Shown here: positions 60,693 through 64,000 of the stretch, one piece after another | How positions within the stretch are numbered: the first letter of the stretch is position 1 | Layout of the letters: each line of letters starts with the position of its first letter | NCBI RefSeq assembly: GCF_018350175.1 | Contig: NC_058383.1 | Location: 3,534,001-3,598,000, forward strand | Length of the DNA stretch: 64,000 bases | From: Felis catus | Taxonomy: Eukaryota | Direction: 5' to 3' | Notes under the pieces: generated by a model | Told to the model about the DNA's origin: nothing | The model's database searches: none | The model's input: the letters and a program-made list of their open reading frames with translations, nothing else | Translations under genes and position numbers: made by a program

Positions 60693-61264
60693 GTGAGGCA
60701 TCTGCCCCCCTCCCCCCCGTCACTGTTTTCTCCCATCTCTCCAGGGTCTGTGGGGCCAGCATCCCCTTTGCGGGTGATAGGCGCAGCGGATTTCCTTCGG
60801 GAGGCGGCTGGGTGCAGCGCACAGGTGTCCTAGAGCTCGGCGGCCCGGACTCTGGCCCTGGCTCTGCCCGCAAATGAGCTGTGTCTCCTGTCCATCACTT
60901 GGGTCATTTTGGTCTCCTTGCGTCTGTTTTCCCCATAAGCACCATTTCCCAGATGCAGCGGTATTTTTGAACGTGATCTATAACGCGTTAGCCAGAAGCG
61001 TTGACCAGATGAATCACCAGACTATTCAGTGTCACGGGAACGCAGTGCTCGGCACGTCTCCGAAGCATCGGTGAGGCTCAGGGAGCCGCCGATGGAAACA
61101 AGGTGCGGGGTTCAGCCAGACAGCGGTTGAGTTGTACCTCACCTTAAACCCCACGTCCCAGCTCCGCGCCCTCTGACGCCCGGCTCACCTCTGCCTCCCC
61201 AGTATGAGCTCCTGGCACACAGAAGGTTCTCAGTAAGTGTCTGTTGCTGAGTGGATCGCCCCCA

Positions 61265-61560
61265 TCAGAGAAATGGACAAACGAACACGGGGCAAAGCTG
61301 GACTCCATTTATAGGAAGGTCCGGAACCACCAAAATGAGTGGGAGTTTCCAGAAGACAGAATAGTGGTTGCCTGTTGGGAGAGAAGTATAAACAGAGAAG
61401 GTCGGTGAGGGAGCCCCTCGGGGTTCTGGGACCCTGGCAGGTGAGGGAGCCCCTCGGGGTTCATGGGGCTCCGTATCTCTACGCCCATGGCAATTACACA
61501 CGTAGCAAACAAGTCACTCTGGATGTGTCAGATAAGTACACTTTATGCATTTATTCTTCT
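61265..61560 (+). mobile_element. Old L1 3' fragment with an internal 23-bp direct repeat
   Basis: actccatttataggaagg..cagaatagtggttgcct; ggtgagggagcccctcggggttc at 61404 and 61440. Confidence 0.6.
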
Positions 61561-62924
61561 CGGTTTGTCTTCAGTTCTCCTAATAACCTAGGAGACCCCT
61601 TCTTGGCACAACCACGGCTGTCTGTTTCATCACAGCTGTAGCTTGGCCGAGAATGTGACCAGCTCCCTGGTGTCACCAGGGCGGCAGGACAGGCCCCATA
61701 GCTGGAGCTATTCCCACCGTTCCTCCGTCTTTGCTCCCCAGGAGGCCGGCTCCCTGGTGGGGTCCTCCTGCAAAGGAGCTGGCCCGTGAGCCCGTGAGCC
61801 CTCAGGGACAAGGGGCTGGGCTGAGCGGCTTCCCCAGCCTCAGCCTCCCAGTTCCATCCGTCCCTGCGCCTAACGGGTTAACACAACCAGGCGCCTCACC
61901 GTTTGCTTTCCTGGCGTTAAGCAATTCATCCCTCCAAGAAAGGGTTTATTTTTTTCTGTATAAATTCACTTCTAACAAGTGTTCGTAAATCAGATTTTAT
62001 TCCTATGGGATTTACTATGTATGAATGGCATGTCATTTTATTGAGTTAATGCTATTCCAGAATCCTGTGTCTGACACACAGAAAATCTCCCCGCTTTTCA
62101 CTCTCCTTCTGCATCTGGAAAACAGCCCCGAAAAGCCAGACCTGACCCCAGCTTCTGATACTCAGCCTCACTCTGGAGTATTAATTTAACATCATAATTG
62201 AAGCCTAGAAAAAAAAAAAAATACGTGTCTACTCGAATGTCTACCTTCCTGCCGGGAGACACGCAGACCCTAAACCTTCACCGTTCCGGCCCGACAGCCT
62301 CCCTCACACACCACCCTCGTTGGATTTCCTTTCCGATACTGCTTTTTACCTGCCCACCCGCTCATCCGTCAGCCCCAGACCCCTACTGGCCGGCGAATGA
62401 CCCACGATCTGCAGGTCTCTGTCCTGCCGGCTTTTCCTGTTGCGTGCACCTAGAGCATTCCGGCCCCTCGCGAAGGGGGGGGCGGGCGCTGGTTCAAAGC
62501 GGAGAGGGTGCCGTGGGGTTTTAACAAAGCTGGAAGCGGCCCCTGTCCTGGAGGCGAGGACAGCGGGAGAAAAACAGGTGGGGTCCCTGCCTCCAAGGGC
62601 TGTGGTCTGGCCAGGAGAGATGGGAGGTGGACGGTAAGGAACACACAAGCAGGTGAAAAATAGTGCTGCGGGGATGAGCACCACGGGGGGAGCTCTACGC
62701 ATCTCTGGGAGAGGAGCAGGAGAAGGAGGAGGAGGAAGAGGGGGAGGGGGAAGGAGGGTCGCTGTCTCGGGTGGTCTGGAAGATGCTCTCTGGTCCTGTG
62801 ACGCTTGGGCTGTGAGCTGAAAGAAGGGGACGGTGGGCCAGGAGGACTCTGGGGGAAGGGGACAGACAGCCTTGAGGACAGGAAGACACGGGACTCTCGG
62901 CATCTCCCGTGGTTTCTCCCAAGC

Positions 62925-63110
62925 TCACGGTTATTCGTTTGATCTGCCGACATAGTTTAGAACACATTTTCACGTGTATTTGTAAACCTGTTTTTTTGAG
63001 TGGCTTCTCGCGTGTTGACAGGTACGTGCGGACATTAGCACAGCCGGTTCTAGAACATCTTCACCACCCCAGAAAGACCCCATGTCCCCTGGACTGTCAC
63101 CCCCTGCAAA
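62925..63110 (-). mobile_element. Old L1 (L1MB-like) 3' end fragment
   Basis: ttctagaacatcttcaccaccccagaaagaccccatgtccc. Confidence 0.6.
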
Positions 63111-63494
63111 TCTACTTTCCACTTACTGTTTTATTAAGGTGGTCGTGAGGTCGTCATTTTGAAATGTATAAAATACTTAATTCTCAACTTAAAAAAAAAA
63201 AAAAAAAACGCCGATGCATCCTGAGGGCTCCTCCGTCAATTCTGATAGGAAGGCTGGTGTTTTGGTGTCAGACAAAGCAAACACCACAGTGCTCCGAGCG
63301 CTGCGATTAATACGCTGCCGGCTCCCCGGCGAGCCTCCGCCCACCCCGCGCGCCCAGGCGGGTCTGGCCGGGCTCTGGGCCCTGCTTCCAGCGGGAACTC
63401 CGCACACCTGTAGGCCGAGCGCCTGTGCGGCCCGCAGACCCGCAGCGAGCCCTTGACTGCAGCACATGAACCCGTTCTCCCGTCCCGGCTCTAG

Positions 63495-63615
63495 GGAAGA
63501 ACATCTCCAACGTGGAGGAGACCGTGACCCTGGACAACGGAGGGTTTGCCGCCTTGGAGCTCAACAGCCGCCACCTCAATGTCAAGAACACCTTCTCAAA
63601 GAAGAACGGGACCAG
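63495..63615 (+). CDS. SDK1: SDK1 exon M (121 nt), first cytoplasmic exon
   Basis: ctctAG|GG...ACCAG|GTaggg; (G)KNISNVEETVTLDNGGFAALELNSRHLNVKNTFSKKNGT(R); phase 1 to 2. Confidence 0.95.
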
Positions 63616-64000
63616 GTAGGGACGCAGCACCCGTAACCTACCTGGGCCACGTCTGCCCAACGGTCTGGCCGCGGGCATGTCGCTGTGCCCACGGGCACCC
63701 GCCACAACCCAACAGGGCCGTGTTGAGTCTCAGGGGGGCGCACATGGCAGGGGGCCCGGAGCATCCTTCCTCCCGTTCCAGAGATGCAAAAAGAAGGCCC
63801 GTCTCGGGCGCGGAGGGGCGTGGTCTCGGGAGGCCGAGCGCCCGCAGGCTGGCTGAGCGTTAGGGAGTCCCTGCTTCTCGGGCAGACGGTGCCACCAGAA
63901 TGGACGTCCACCCATCCCAACAGGGCAGCGGCCAGAGGGCGGGTCAGGAGGGCCCCGGGGAGGTAGCTGCGGCCCGGATATCTGAGCCCGTGTCCGTCCC

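Larger units (their letters stand above)
3611..63615 (+). other. SDK1: SDK1 gene, partial: 13 internal coding exons (FN3 domains, TM helix, start of cytoplasmic tail)
   Basis: 13 exons with compatible splice phases join into one open frame of 1626 nt. The peptide follows my recollection of human SDK1 in order ([17 protein letters not shown]...AQSSFKTVNSSS...WWFLLVMALSSLI...LDNGGFAALEL). Confidence 0.96.

Noticed and set aside
3611..63615. Assignment to SDK2 or DSCAM
   Set aside because: Peptides such as [31 protein letters not shown] and WWFLLVMALSSLI follow SDK1 as I recall it; BLASTP would settle it

Overview
Eukaryotic, GC/CpG-rich mammalian genomic DNA. The tRNA-derived CAN-SINEs of the feliform type point to a cat-like carnivoran. 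The whole window lies inside one + strand gene, SDK1 (sidekick cell adhesion molecule 1). Thirteen coding exons (1626 nt, 3611-63615) splice into one uninterrupted frame encoding the end of one FN3 domain, four complete FN3 domains, the transmembrane helix and the start of the cytoplasmic tail. The gene begins and ends outside the window. Introns hold SINEs, MaLR/MER21 LTRs, hAT MERs, old L1/L2/MIR fragments and simple repeats. Nearly all ORFs in the supplied track are chance ORFs. I see no prokaryotic system, CRISPR array or RNA gene. Best leads: a weak GC-AG intron; a 60-nt frame-preserving exon that looks like an internal duplication, with RBFOX motifs nearby; an 800-bp indel-free 10-mer satellite with a 150-bp higher-order period; a purine repeat carrying seven sense-strand GTAAGT donor motifs; an LTR split by two insertions, one unexplained; and AT-rich putative enhancer islands. 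Gene and repeat-family identities are from recall, not from database searches, and repeat boundaries are approximate.
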